Assembly: GCA_964497315.1 (NCBI GenBank)
Contig: CAZCCH010000005.1
Coordinates: 1,885-65,884 of the forward strand
Length of the DNA: 64,000 nt
Source of the DNA: an uncultured Planctomycetia bacterium
Lineage (GTDB): Bacteria > Omnitrophota > Gorgyraeia > Taenaricolales > CAZCCH01
Direction of reading: 5' to 3'
Under the pieces are notes generated by a model that made no database searches, had not been told where the DNA came from, and saw only the letters and a program-made list of their open reading frames with translations. Below are positions 1 through 8,124 of this stretch, in pieces; the stretch's first letter is position 1; every line of letters begins with the position of its first letter. A program made the translations under genes and the position numbers.

Positions 1-1
1 T

Positions 2-2485
2 TCTTTTGACTGGCGATATGATGAAATCCTACATAAAGGTAGGACAGCCACAAGTGGCACATTTGCAGGTGCTTTTGAAGCAAGGACACTTCAAGAGGAA
101 GGAAGAATTATTCGCATTGAAATTCCAGCAGACATTTTATTAGAAAATGGCGTGCTCATGTTGGACCTTGATGCCGTACATTATTTTAATAAGATCAAAG
201 GTAAGCATATTTCGGCTTCAGAAGAAATCGTGCAGTTTAATGAAACGATAGAAGAAGCATCCTCTAAAAACAGGCAAGAGCTGAAGCGCCTTCTTGCTGA
301 AGCATCTCCTGAGGCCATTCAGGATTTTATAGTGCACAAAGAAGAAATCATTATACCGCATAACCACTTGAATGCATTTTTAAGCGGCTGTACAGAAATT
401 CCAGTCCACCGCGATTACAATTATTTGCATTTTTTGGTAGACGGTGACGTACCCTTCAGGATAAACCCCTTACATTTCCCATTATTATGGGATGATGTTG
501 CACGGGCCGTTCGTGATAGACAGAAAGCAGTATCTGCAAAACCCGTAGCAGGCTTTTATATTTGGGAAAATGATAGATTTTCTATTTGGTTCTCATGCAG
601 TGAGCAGACAGGTGAAGCATACCTAGATATAAAAGACAAAGCTAACACCATCATATCAATCAAAAGGCCAGCTTCTGATGAGACATGGAACATGACGCGG
701 CTATCGTTATATCCTTACGATAACCTTGCAAATTACACGCAGGCCATAAGAGAGCTTCAATTTTCACTGCAAGCCCACAATAGCTCACTGACACGTCCTA
801 TAGAATTTATTGTCAATTTATGGGAAAATAGTGGTGTGCTGGAGCGTCCCCAGAAACGTAGTCGGGTTACTGAGGCAGAGGCAGAGGAACAGATAAGGAG
901 GGTTTTTGAGCAGATAAGAGAAAAGTGGGATGCTATTGGAGAAAAGGAGCTTCCTGACGTGCAGAGGTACGATATTATTCTTAGGCCTCGTGCTTTGGAG
1001 AGGTTCACTCGTGATTTGCAGAGAGGCCATGAAGATATTGATGAAATCACAGAGGCTATCGATGAGACGATACGTTTTGAAACAGAAAGCATTGTGTGTC
1101 AGGTAGAGGCCACAGATTCGCAAAGAGAGACTGTTCGGGAGGCAGAGGCGAAATTGAGAGAATATCTTAATGACTTAGGATTGCCCTATCAGCCGCATAA
1201 GGTTATCTTTGTGCCTTTTGATCGCCTGATTTGGGAGTGCATGGGAATATGTTTCGACTATCACCATGCGGTTGTCTTGCCGGCGGAGTTTGAAGATGAG
1301 ATAGTGTGGTATTCGCTTTTTCATGAGCTCCTGCATGGGCAGTCGCCCGGTTGCGAATTAAGGAGACTTGATGAGGGGATGACCGAATATCTCACAGTTA
1401 CTTTAATGATGAGGTTGCAGAAATGTACCGATTTTTCCCCTGAGGCCATCACCAAGTTCTACAAGGAGACCAACTTGCGCTTATACAACAGAGAGGAAGT
1501 TCAGGATGTGTTTAGAGCGGGTCCGAGCTATGGACAAGACTTAGAGGCAATAGCTCGGTTGGTGGCGGTAACAGGAGAGGGCCCTTTGCTCAGGGCATAC
1601 TTTGGAGGTGACTACAGCGAACTTAAGGAGAAGTTGGGAGTGGATGTCTGGAGAGATATAATGGATTTAGCGCAGCGATATGAATCAGACATAGGAAAAG
1701 AGCGAGACGGAGAATATCTGGAGAGGGTTAGGGGAGTTCTATCTGCTCGCTTCCCCGAACCCCCACCCACCCAAACCCAGGCGAGGTTTGGGGAGTTTGA
1801 GCAAGCATGGGATGCAAGTCAAGAGTTAGTAGCACGAGTTGCACCACAGGCTGTGAATGCACCGGGTTGTATTGTATTTAACATATCTCGGTTTTTTGAA
1901 GGAGACGATGAAACTATAATAGCTATTTTAAGAGAACTCCAGGCCGAACTCGCAAAGGCTAACAAATGGTTTGAATTTGAAACGGATAGATATTTTATGG
2001 CAGGGAGAGCAGAGAGACTGGCAAGGTATAATGCTATACTGAAGCCATATAGGGATAATCCTACTTATGATGCGGCAGCAGGAAATAGAGTGGGGGTTGT
2101 AGGTGATTTAGAGATTAGTCGGCTTCTTGAGAATCCGAATTCAGTAACATTAGACTCTGCAATAGGCATTGAAGGGTTTGATCAGGCTGAATTGACAGCA
2201 GAAGATATAGAAGAATTGAGGCCCATTCTTATTTTGACTGCTACATTGATTGACCTGCGTCATGATCCTGAGAACGAGGCTTTGCTGGAATTTTATAAAA
2301 TCCAGCTAGAAAAACTGGGTGCCAGAGTGCCCAATTTAGAAACTATCAAAGATTTAGCCAAGGATATCGAAACTGCCCTTAGGGCAGCCCGAACTCTAAT
2401 CTTACCTGCTATAGAAGCTCTCAATGTATGGGAATACTACCAAGATATAATGAAGTCTATTGAGATTATCATGAGAGATGTATAG
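2..2485 (+). CDS. C-terminal part (5'-truncated) of a large modular protein: possible enzymatic segment, HExxH zinc metallopeptidase domain, RFxE linkers, C-terminal domain
   Basis: The frame of ORF 152..2485 has no stop back to position 2, so the gene starts upstream of the window. It contains FHELLH...LDEGMTEY (gluzincin-like HExxH plus downstream E), and ARFPE/ARFGE motifs like those of the 4381-aa protein. Confidence 0.75.
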   Translation, partial: SFDWRYDEILHKGRTATSGTFAGAFEARTLQEEGRIIRIEIPADILLENGVLMLDLDAVHYFNKIKGKHISASEEIVQFNETIEEASSKNRQELKRLLAEASPEAIQDFIVHKEEIIIPHNHLNAFLSGCTEIPVHRDYNYLHFLVDGDVPFRINPLHFPLLWDDVARAVRDRQKAVSAKPVAGFYIWENDRFSIWFSCSEQTGEAYLDIKDKANTIISIKRPASDETWNMTRLSLYPYDNLANYTQAIRELQFSLQAHNSSLTRPIEFIVNLWENSGVLERPQKRSRVTEAEAEEQIRRVFEQIREKWDAIGEKELPDVQRYDIILRPRALERFTRDLQRGHEDIDEITEAIDETIRFETESIVCQVEATDSQRETVREAEAKLREYLNDLGLPYQPHKVIFVPFDRLIWECMGICFDYHHAVVLPAEFEDEIVWYSLFHELLHGQSPGCELRRLDEGMTEYLTVTLMMRLQKCTDFSPEAITKFYKETNLRLYNREEVQDVFRAGPSYGQDLEAIARLVAVTGEGPLLRAYFGGDYSELKEKLGVDVWRDIMDLAQRYESDIGKERDGEYLERVRGVLSARFPEPPPTQTQARFGEFEQAWDASQELVARVAPQAVNAPGCIVFNISRFFEGDDETIIAILRELQAELAKANKWFEFETDRYFMAGRAERLARYNAILKPYRDNPTYDAAAGNRVGVVGDLEISRLLENPNSVTLDSAIGIEGFDQAELTAEDIEELRPILILTATLIDLRHDPENEALLEFYKIQLEKLGARVPNLETIKDLAKDIETALRAARTLILPAIEALNVWEYYQDIMKSIEIIMRDV

Positions 2486-2676
2486 CGACTGACCTATCTA
2501 TCCATAACCCCACCCAGTCCATACTGATATATATAAAATCATCAAATTTACTGATTTTGAATCTGCAGCCAGCTGGAATACTCGATGTCTCTTTTTGCAA
2601 TGGCCAAAATTTTGGCGGGGGAAAATTTTGGCTTGTGTAGAAGGTATTCTTGAATCAGTGCTAAGAATTTTTATCC

Positions 2677-2705
2677 TTGCAACAGCAAAGAGTATTTGGT
2701 AGAAT
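2677..2705 (+). promoter_or_regulatory. sigma70-type promoter upstream of the tRNA-Leu cluster
   Basis: TTGCAA (2677-2682), 17 nt spacer, TAGAAT (2700-2705). Confidence 0.55.
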
Positions 2706-2798
2706 TAAATTCACCGCTACTTAAGGTTTTACTTCAAGGGGACTCTTGAAGTAGGTTCGGATTTCGTCTAACAGGCACAGCCAGTTTAAAAATTTAGT

Positions 2799-2884
2799 GC
2801 GCGGGTGGCGGAATTTGGCAGACGCGCAAGATTAAGGATCTTGTGGGGTAACCCTTGCAGGTTCAACTCCTGTCCCGCGCACCA
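2799..2884 (+). tRNA. tRNA-Leu (anticodon AAG)
   Basis: Acceptor GCGCGGG/CCCGCGC plus A-CCA; D arm GCGGAATTTGGCAGACGC; anticodon stem CAAGA/TCTTG with loop TT-AAG-GA; long variable arm GGGGTAACCCT; T arm GCAGG-TTCAACT-CCTGT. Confidence 0.93.
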
Positions 2885-2900
2885 TATAAATGAGTAAGTT

Positions 2901-3575
2901 ATGAAGACCAAAGAAAGACAAATAGCCGTTACCTTAAGAGAGCAAGGATTAACGTACAGGGAAATTCAGAAAGAACTCCCAGTTTCTAGAAGTAGTCTGA
3001 GTTATTGGTTGAGAGATATAGAGTTGACACCTGAACAAATTGAGAGAATACAATATAAAAATGAATTGATAAAGAAAAAATTTATCGAATATAATGAGTT
3101 TAAAAAGAAAGAGGCAAGAAGACGGCGGGATAGCATTATAGAAATAGCAAAGAAAGAAATAAACAAGATATCAAGACGAGAACTAAAATTATTGGGCATA
3201 GCTTTATATTGGGCTGAAGGGAAAAAGGCAAACATGAAGGCAGGCTCCGCAACCTTTACAAATTCAGATCCTTTTATGATTAAATTAATAATGCGGTGGT
3301 TTAGGGAAATATGTTATGTCCCAAATCCAAAATTTAGAGCGAGTTTTCAGATTTATAATACGCAAAAGATAGATGAAATAAGAACATATTGGTCAAAGTT
3401 AACTAATATTCCATTCTCTCAGTTTATGGCACCTACTTTGAGGGTTAGTAAAACAAGCAAAGGTAAAAGAGGTAAGATCTTACCCTATGGAACACTCCGA
3501 ATACAAATTAATGATTCTGCACTTCTAACGAGAATATTAGGGTGGATTGAAGGATTAAAAGGCCCCGTCGTCTAG
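2901..3575 (+). CDS. HTH plus LAGLIDADG-like endonuclease-fold protein (tRNA-associated family)
   Basis: N-terminal HTH (LREQGLTYREIQKELPVSRSSLSYW), GIALYWAEG helix and FTNSDP motif; lies between two tRNAs; its last 15 nt overlap tRNA-Glu. Confidence 0.65.
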   Translation: MKTKERQIAVTLREQGLTYREIQKELPVSRSSLSYWLRDIELTPEQIERIQYKNELIKKKFIEYNEFKKKEARRRRDSIIEIAKKEINKISRRELKLLGIALYWAEGKKANMKAGSATFTNSDPFMIKLIMRWFREICYVPNPKFRASFQIYNTQKIDEIRTYWSKLTNIPFSQFMAPTLRVSKTSKGKRGKILPYGTLRIQINDSALLTRILGWIEGLKGPVV

Positions 3576-3638
3576 CCTGGTTCAGGACGCGGGATTCTCA
3601 TTCCCGTGGCACGGGTTCAAATCCCGTCGGGGCTACCA
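3561..3638 (+). tRNA. tRNA-Glu (anticodon CTC)
   Basis: Acceptor GGCCCCG/CGGGGCT plus A-CCA; anticodon stem CGGGA/TCCCG with loop TT-CTC-AT; T arm ACGGG-TTCAAAT-CCCGT. Confidence 0.95.
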
Positions 3639-3683
3639 GCACTACGGTAACTGCAATATTTTCAGTTAGTTATGGAAAAGAGG
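3622..3683 (+). repeat. 62-bp direct repeat, copy 1 (tRNA-Glu 3' end plus trailer)
   Basis: Matches 4981-5042 with 3 mismatches. Confidence 0.9.
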
Positions 3684-3707
3684 GCAAACTCATATCCCCT
3701 CTTTTTT
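3676..3707 (+). terminator. intrinsic terminator after tRNA-Glu
   Basis: AAAAGAGGG...CCCTCTTTT hairpin followed by a T run. Confidence 0.6.
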
Positions 3708-3739
3708 GTTTTTGAAAATAGAGTGAAATAAGAATAATC

Positions 3740-3797
3740 TTGACATGATTTCTAGATATGTTATAATTACGCATAGTGCGTAACGCATAATGCGTAA
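3740..3797 (+). promoter_or_regulatory. consensus sigma70 promoter with tandem palindromic operator
   Basis: TTGACA (3740-45), 16 nt, TG-N-TATAAT (3762-67), then TTACGCA-TAG-TGCGTAA and overlapping TAACGCA-TAA-TGCGTAA; GGAGG RBS follows. Confidence 0.75.
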
Positions 3798-3809
3798 TGG
3801 AGGCGTTTT

Positions 3810-4934
3810 ATGGAAAATCCGTTTATATACGGCAAAGAGGTTTCCGGAGAGAATTTTTGTAACAGAAAGAAAGAAATCGAAGAACTGAGACGTGATATTA
3901 TCAACAGTCAAAATGTCATTGTGTTTTCTCAAAGAAGATTTGGCAAAACATCCCTGCTTAAAAGAGTGTTCGAGGGCTCAAAAAGAAAAGGGATAATCAC
4001 TATCCATGCAGATTTATATTCAGTACTAACAGAAGAAGATTTTGTTTCACTTTATGCCAAGGCCATAACAAAATCTATTTTTGGCAACTTCAAAGGGAAA
4101 CTTAGAAACGTCGCAAAGTTTTTCAAAAAGATTAGGCCTACATTTAAGGTAAGCGAAGCAGGAGATATAGTTTATAGTGTAGATATTGAGAAAAAGGAAA
4201 TTTTACCTTCACTAGAAGATACTTTAGAAAGCGTAAATCGGTATATAAATAGCAAGAAGAAAAAAGCCGCCGTCTGTTTTGATGAATTTCAGCAAGTTGG
4301 CCTGCTTAAAACTGACAGGCTTCAGAAGGTTATGCGCACTTCAATACAGAAACACAAAAACATATCTTATATATTTATGGGCAGTAAAAAACACTTAATA
4401 TCGGATATGTTTAATAACCCCCACAAACCCTTTTATAAAAGCGCTAAGCCATTTCCTCTTGGTAAGATTGAGACTTCAGAACTCTTAGAATTTATACAGG
4501 ATAAATTTACACTTACCGATAAATATCTCCCAGATACTTTAGCAAAGCAGATAGTAGGGACGTGTGAAAGGCACCCCTATTATGTACAGTATCTCTGTCA
4601 TATTATGTGGGAGAGGGCAATAGATAAAAAAAGGATAACAGAAGAAGACTTTTTAAAAAGCCTTGAGCTTTTATTGGAAAGGGAATCTTCCACCTATGAA
4701 GCAACATGGAATTTATTGACGCTTAAACAAAAACAAGTCCTTTTGGCATTAAGTAAGATGTTGCTCCAGGAAAAACTGTTCTCCTCAGACTTTTTGCAGA
4801 AAAACAATCTTGGCTCAGCGTCAAGCCTCCAGCGTACAGTAAAGAGTCTAATTGATAAAGATCTTATTGATAAAGAAGGAGATGTTTATACCATAATAGA
4901 TATTTTCTTCAAAAAGTGGCTTTTCAAGTTATAA
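3810..4934 (+). CDS. P-loop ATPase (archaeal-type ATPase_2/AAA family) with C-terminal winged helix
   Basis: NPF.YG.....F..R..E start, Walker A variant SQRRFGKTS, Walker B VCFDEFQ, HPYYVQ motif, C-terminal wHTH. Confidence 0.85.
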   Translation: MENPFIYGKEVSGENFCNRKKEIEELRRDIINSQNVIVFSQRRFGKTSLLKRVFEGSKRKGIITIHADLYSVLTEEDFVSLYAKAITKSIFGNFKGKLRNVAKFFKKIRPTFKVSEAGDIVYSVDIEKKEILPSLEDTLESVNRYINSKKKKAAVCFDEFQQVGLLKTDRLQKVMRTSIQKHKNISYIFMGSKKHLISDMFNNPHKPFYKSAKPFPLGKIETSELLEFIQDKFTLTDKYLPDTLAKQIVGTCERHPYYVQYLCHIMWERAIDKKRITEEDFLKSLELLLERESSTYEATWNLLTLKQKQVLLALSKMLLQEKLFSSDFLQKNNLGSASSLQRTVKSLIDKDLIDKEGDVYTIIDIFFKKWLFKL

Positions 4935-4980
4935 AAAGATGAAAAAGCACTTCGGATATAAATTATCCGTAGTGAACGGC

Positions 4981-5042
4981 TCCCGTCGGGGCTACCATCA
5001 CTACGGTAACTGCAATATTTTCAATGAGTTATGGAAAAGAGG
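4981..5042 (+). repeat. 62-bp direct repeat, copy 2 (duplicated tRNA-Glu 3' end, att-like)
   Basis: TCCCGTCGGGGCTACCA...GGAAAAGAGG matches 3622-3683; followed by hairpin AAAAGAGGAC...GTCCTCTTTT. Confidence 0.9.
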
Positions 5043-5101
5043 ACGCGTGGGTTTGTCCTCTTTTATTATTTAAAACATAACACAGGTCTTTGATTTTTTA
5101 C

Positions 5102-5154
5102 TTGACAAAACACGCATTTTGGTGTATATTTGCAATACAATTGCAAAATTGCAC
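5102..5154 (+). promoter_or_regulatory. sigma70 promoter with repeated TTGCAA operator-like boxes
   Basis: TTGACA (5102-07), 17 nt, TATATT (5125-30), then TTGCAA-TACAA-TTGCAA-AA-TTGCAC; AAGGAGG RBS at 5157-63. Confidence 0.6.
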
Positions 5155-5168
5155 ATAAGGAGGAATTG

Positions 5169-6359
5169 GTGACTAAACGATATATAACAAGGGATATAGA
5201 AGCCATTATAAGAAAGGCGGAGAGACAATTTCCAGCCATAATAGTAACAGGCCCTCGCCAGTCAGGCAAGACAACGCTTTTAAAGCACCTTTTTTTAAAA
5301 ACGCATAACTACGTTTCGTTGGACGATCCTGATAACAGGCTCATGGCGAATAGAGAGCCAAGGTTTTTCATGGAAAATTTTCCAGCGCCTGTGATTATAG
5401 ATGAGATACAATACGCTCCGGAACTTTTTTCTTATATAAAAATGGTAGTAGATAAAGACCGCTCTAAAAAAGGACAGTTTCTTTTAACCGGTTCCCAAAG
5501 CTTTCCGCTGATGGCCAAAGTTACAGAATCACTTGCGGGAAGAATTGCCATTTTTAATCTCTTGCCATTTTCTTTTAAAGAAAGGTTGAAGATGCAAAAG
5601 TCTTTTAGTTTAGACGTGTTTAAAAAAATGCTGCTTAGGGGCGGATTCCCGGAGCTTGTTGTTAATAAATCCATGGACGCAAAATTATGGTTTAACGGAT
5701 ATTTGCAAACATACCTCGAAAGAGATGTGCGACAACTTCGCAATATCGGAAATTTAACTGATTTTCAGAGATTTCTTGAAATGCTGGCTTCCTATAATGG
5801 ACAGGTGCTTAATTTATCCGATCTATCGCGCAATCTCGGAGTAGCGGTAAATACAATCAAAGGGTGGATTTCCATTCTTGAGGCATGTAATCAAATAGCG
5901 CTTATTAAGCCATACTACAAAAATAAAGGAAAACGCCTTATAAAACGCCCAAAAATATATTTTCTTGATACTGGTTTTTTATGTTATTTAAACGGCATGA
6001 CAGACCAAAATCAGGTTTTAAAAGGGCCGGCTGCGGGACAGTTATTCGAAGGTGCGGTTTTAACCGAGATCATACATGGTTTTTACGACAAAGGAGATAT
6101 ACCGAGAGTTTTCTGGTGGAGGACATCGCACGGAGAAGAAGTGGATTTTATCGTAGAAAAGAAAGGCAGGCTTGTGCCAATAGAAGTCAAAATTACCTCA
6201 AGGTCAAATAAAGTGTTGACGCAGGGCCTGGTAGCCTTTGAGAGACTTTTTTCAACAGAGGTTAAAAAGTCAATCGTAGTCAATTTATCGGATAAAAAGC
6301 TGTTAGTAAGCAATAAGATAGAATGCCAACCTTTTAGGGATTTCATAGAAAGCTTTTGA
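5169..6359 (+). CDS. AAA_14 / DUF4143-type ATPase
   Basis: Walker A GPRQSGKTT, Walker B IIDEIQ, TGS motif, YLERDV, C-terminal EVDF...PIEVK nuclease-like domain; start placed at GTG after the AAGGAGG RBS (ORF track starts at 5130). Confidence 0.88.
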   Translation: MTKRYITRDIEAIIRKAERQFPAIIVTGPRQSGKTTLLKHLFLKTHNYVSLDDPDNRLMANREPRFFMENFPAPVIIDEIQYAPELFSYIKMVVDKDRSKKGQFLLTGSQSFPLMAKVTESLAGRIAIFNLLPFSFKERLKMQKSFSLDVFKKMLLRGGFPELVVNKSMDAKLWFNGYLQTYLERDVRQLRNIGNLTDFQRFLEMLASYNGQVLNLSDLSRNLGVAVNTIKGWISILEACNQIALIKPYYKNKGKRLIKRPKIYFLDTGFLCYLNGMTDQNQVLKGPAAGQLFEGAVLTEIIHGFYDKGDIPRVFWWRTSHGEEVDFIVEKKGRLVPIEVKITSRSNKVLTQGLVAFERLFSTEVKKSIVVNLSDKKLLVSNKIECQPFRDFIESF

Positions 6360-6462
6360 CTCGGCTAAACAATTCATTACAGTGACATATACAAAAAACT
6401 CCTCATGTGATATAATTACAGGAACAGATGGTTGTAAGGACTACCAAATAGGATAAGTTATT

Positions 6463-6957
6463 ATGAGAGTTAAAGATTGCATGACAAAAGATGTGGTTTG
6501 CGTAAAACGCTCTACCACCCTATCTGAAATTCTAGCTACTTTTAGAAGGGTAAGCTTTCACACTTTGCCTGTCATTGAAGAAAAAGACAAGCTCATTGGC
6601 GTGGTAACCTTTGAAGACCTCTTAAAAGTATTTCGACCATATGCAGTAGAGGTTACTGATATGCTTAAAACCATTCCTTTTATTGGTGAAGTTACTGAAG
6701 ATGAGGATATACTGGTAGCTGATATCTCACAAGACTTAGGGTTGTTAGTAGTTGCAGACGATATAATGAGCACAGACTTTGTAACCATAGAGCCACAAGT
6801 TGATGTTAGTCAAGCAAGACAGCTTATGAAGCTACACAGCCAGAATAGACTTCTCGTAACAGAGTATGGACGCCTTCAAGGAATTATAAGCCTCTTTGAT
6901 ATAGTGCTGGCTATCTTTAAAGAAAAAGGAATCATAGCAAATAACGGGACTCATTAA
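6463..6957 (+). CDS. CBS-domain pair protein
   Basis: V.D.MT..V; LPV......LIGVVT..D; second CBS DIMS...TI...RL.GIISL.DI. Confidence 0.88.
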   Translation: MRVKDCMTKDVVCVKRSTTLSEILATFRRVSFHTLPVIEEKDKLIGVVTFEDLLKVFRPYAVEVTDMLKTIPFIGEVTEDEDILVADISQDLGLLVVADDIMSTDFVTIEPQVDVSQARQLMKLHSQNRLLVTEYGRLQGIISLFDIVLAIFKEKGIIANNGTH

Positions 6958-8124
6958 ATGGAAATTTTAAGCCTTGGTTTTATATTACTTGCAGGTCTTG
7001 CCTCAGGAAAGATTATCCGTCGGTTAAAATTTCCTGTTGTGACTGCATATCTTTTGCTTGGCATTTTAGCAGGGCCTTTTGTGTGGAATTTAATATCACC
7101 TAGCATACTGCGCGCTTCAGGGCTTATATCCTTTATTGTTTTAGGTTTTGTGGCATTTAGCTTAGGCCAGAATTTTTCTTTTGAATCTTTTAGAAAAATT
7201 GGTAAGTCCATTATTTGGATATCTATATTAGGCGCCTGTGGTCCGTGGCTTATTGTTACTTTAGGGCTTTCATTAATTTTCAAGATGCCTTTCTATGAAG
7301 CGCTTTTGTATGGTGCTATTGCCTCTGCAACAGCACCTGCAGCAACTGTATTAGTAACTAGGGAATTCAAGGCAAAGGGCACATTCACAGAAACACTCCT
7401 TGCTACGGTTGCAATAGACGATGCCTGGTGTCTTATTATATTTGCTTTATCTTTTGCTATAGCCAGGGCGATGGCAAGTTACGGTTTTGTTAATTCCGTA
7501 TTAATTAAAGCAATTGCCAGTGCTTGTGTAGAGATAGCTGGTTCGTTTGTTTTGGGCTGGCTTATAGCGTGGGTATCAGGCTATCTTATTCGCTTTGCCA
7601 GGACACAGGCAGAGTTGCTTGTATTTATCTTAGGGATTATTTTACTCAATACAGGCCTTGCAATATATTTTGGGTTATCCGTACTTTTAGCAAACATGTT
7701 TTTAGGGGCAGTACTTGTAAATATCCATCACTTAAGCTTTAAATTCTTCGATACCTTACGAAACATAGACCCACCTTTATATATTATATTTTTTGTCCTT
7801 GCCGGGGCTAATCTAGAAGTTAATCTTTTGCCTGCATTAGGAGCACTAGGTATAGCTTATTTTGTTTTACGTTCTTTCGGAAAGATTTTCGGAGCAGGCC
7901 TTGGAGGATTTATTGCAGGTGCGCCTGCCCGCATAAGAAACAATATAGGTTTAGCCCTTCTTCCGCAGGCAGGTGTTGCCTTGGGTGTAGCCTTAGTAGC
8001 CAAATCAGAATTTCCTCAAATAGGTGGCGTAATATTTTCCACCATTGTGGCCACTACAGTCCTGTATGAAATCATTGGCCCAATCTGCACAAAATTCGCC
8101 CTTTCTAAGGCCGGAGAAATTTAG
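6958..8124 (+). CDS. cation:proton antiporter (CPA2/Kef-type membrane component)
   Basis: About 12 hydrophobic segments, ASATAPAAT, VAIDDA and PQAGVALG motifs. Confidence 0.88.
   Translation: MEILSLGFILLAGLASGKIIRRLKFPVVTAYLLLGILAGPFVWNLISPSILRASGLISFIVLGFVAFSLGQNFSFESFRKIGKSIIWISILGACGPWLIVTLGLSLIFKMPFYEALLYGAIASATAPAATVLVTREFKAKGTFTETLLATVAIDDAWCLIIFALSFAIARAMASYGFVNSVLIKAIASACVEIAGSFVLGWLIAWVSGYLIRFARTQAELLVFILGIILLNTGLAIYFGLSVLLANMFLGAVLVNIHHLSFKFFDTLRNIDPPLYIIFFVLAGANLEVNLLPALGALGIAYFVLRSFGKIFGAGLGGFIAGAPARIRNNIGLALLPQAGVALGVALVAKSEFPQIGGVIFSTIVATTVLYEIIGPICTKFALSKAGEI

Noticed and set aside
2799-2884. Reading the tRNA-Leu anticodon as TAA
   Set aside because: The 5-bp stem CAAGA/TCTTG fixes a 7-nt loop TTAAGGA with AAG central and G37.
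4981-4997. Second tRNA-Glu copy
   Set aside because: Only the 3' 17 nt are present; no 5' half, D arm or anticodon arm.
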